Of a stretch of 64,000 nt of DNA, positions 63,721 to 64,000 are shown in pieces. The DNA is from Lama glama. Lineage: Eukaryota. The notes beneath the pieces are model-generated. The model did no database searches, was not told the origin of the DNA, and saw only the letters and a list, made by a program, of their open reading frames with translations. The stretch spans positions 22,074,001 through 22,138,000 of the forward strand of contig CM052832.1 of NCBI GenBank assembly GCA_028534125.1, read 5' to 3'. Made by a program: the position numbers and the translations under genes. Position 1 is the stretch's first letter. The number at the start of each line of letters is the position of its first letter.

Positions 63721-64000
63721 TCACTGTGTTATTTTCAGTGGAAGCAGCCTTCCCATTTTTCTACTGAGTTTTAGAAATCTAAGTTATTGCAACATGTCTT
63801 TCTATGTTAATGTGGTGGAGTATTCCCCCCTAAAATGTAACCACTGATAGAGGCTTTGTAACACGTTCAGCATTTCACATATACTCACAAGGAGGGCTGC
63901 ACAAATGCTAGGTGCTGCCAGACACAGACAACGACCGTAGACATTGTTATACAGCCTGGCAGCTTCTCTCAAGGAAATGAATGTATATCAAGATGTTCTG

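Noticed and set aside
1..64000. A novel multi-gene biological system
   Set aside because: Apart from the E2F3 first exons, I found no credible coding exons or RNA genes. The remaining short ORFs are consistent with random ORFs in intronic/intergenic repeat-rich DNA.

Overview
This is mammalian genomic DNA, most likely from a camelid, judged from three copies of a tRNA-Ala-derived vic-1-type SINE. The only protein-coding gene I can support is the 5' end of E2F3 on the minus strand. It has exon 1a (E2F3a, CDS 10299->9904, 132 codons) and the alternative coding micro-exon 1b (E2F3b, MPLQQQ, 8707->8690, missed by the ORF track). Both lie in a ~3 kb CpG island with two separate promoters. Bases 1-8689 are E2F3 intron 1, and exon 2 lies outside the window. 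Bases ~11.5-64 kb are gene-free upstream DNA rich in old transposons (MIR, L2, L1 3' ends, MaLR/ERV LTRs, Tigger and hAT MITEs), with a 500-N assembly gap at 58792-59291. I found no evidence for a new multi-gene biological system. The most unusual observations are: a 35-bp templated insertion inside an L1, copied from ~2.9 kb away; three sense-strand AATAAA hexamers in the uATG-free E2F3a 5' UTR; a candidate 84-nt poison exon in intron 1; and two Tigger1 derivatives with very different CpG decay. Repeat family names come from recall of consensus sequences, not a search. Repeat boundaries are approximate unless a TSD or TIR is given.
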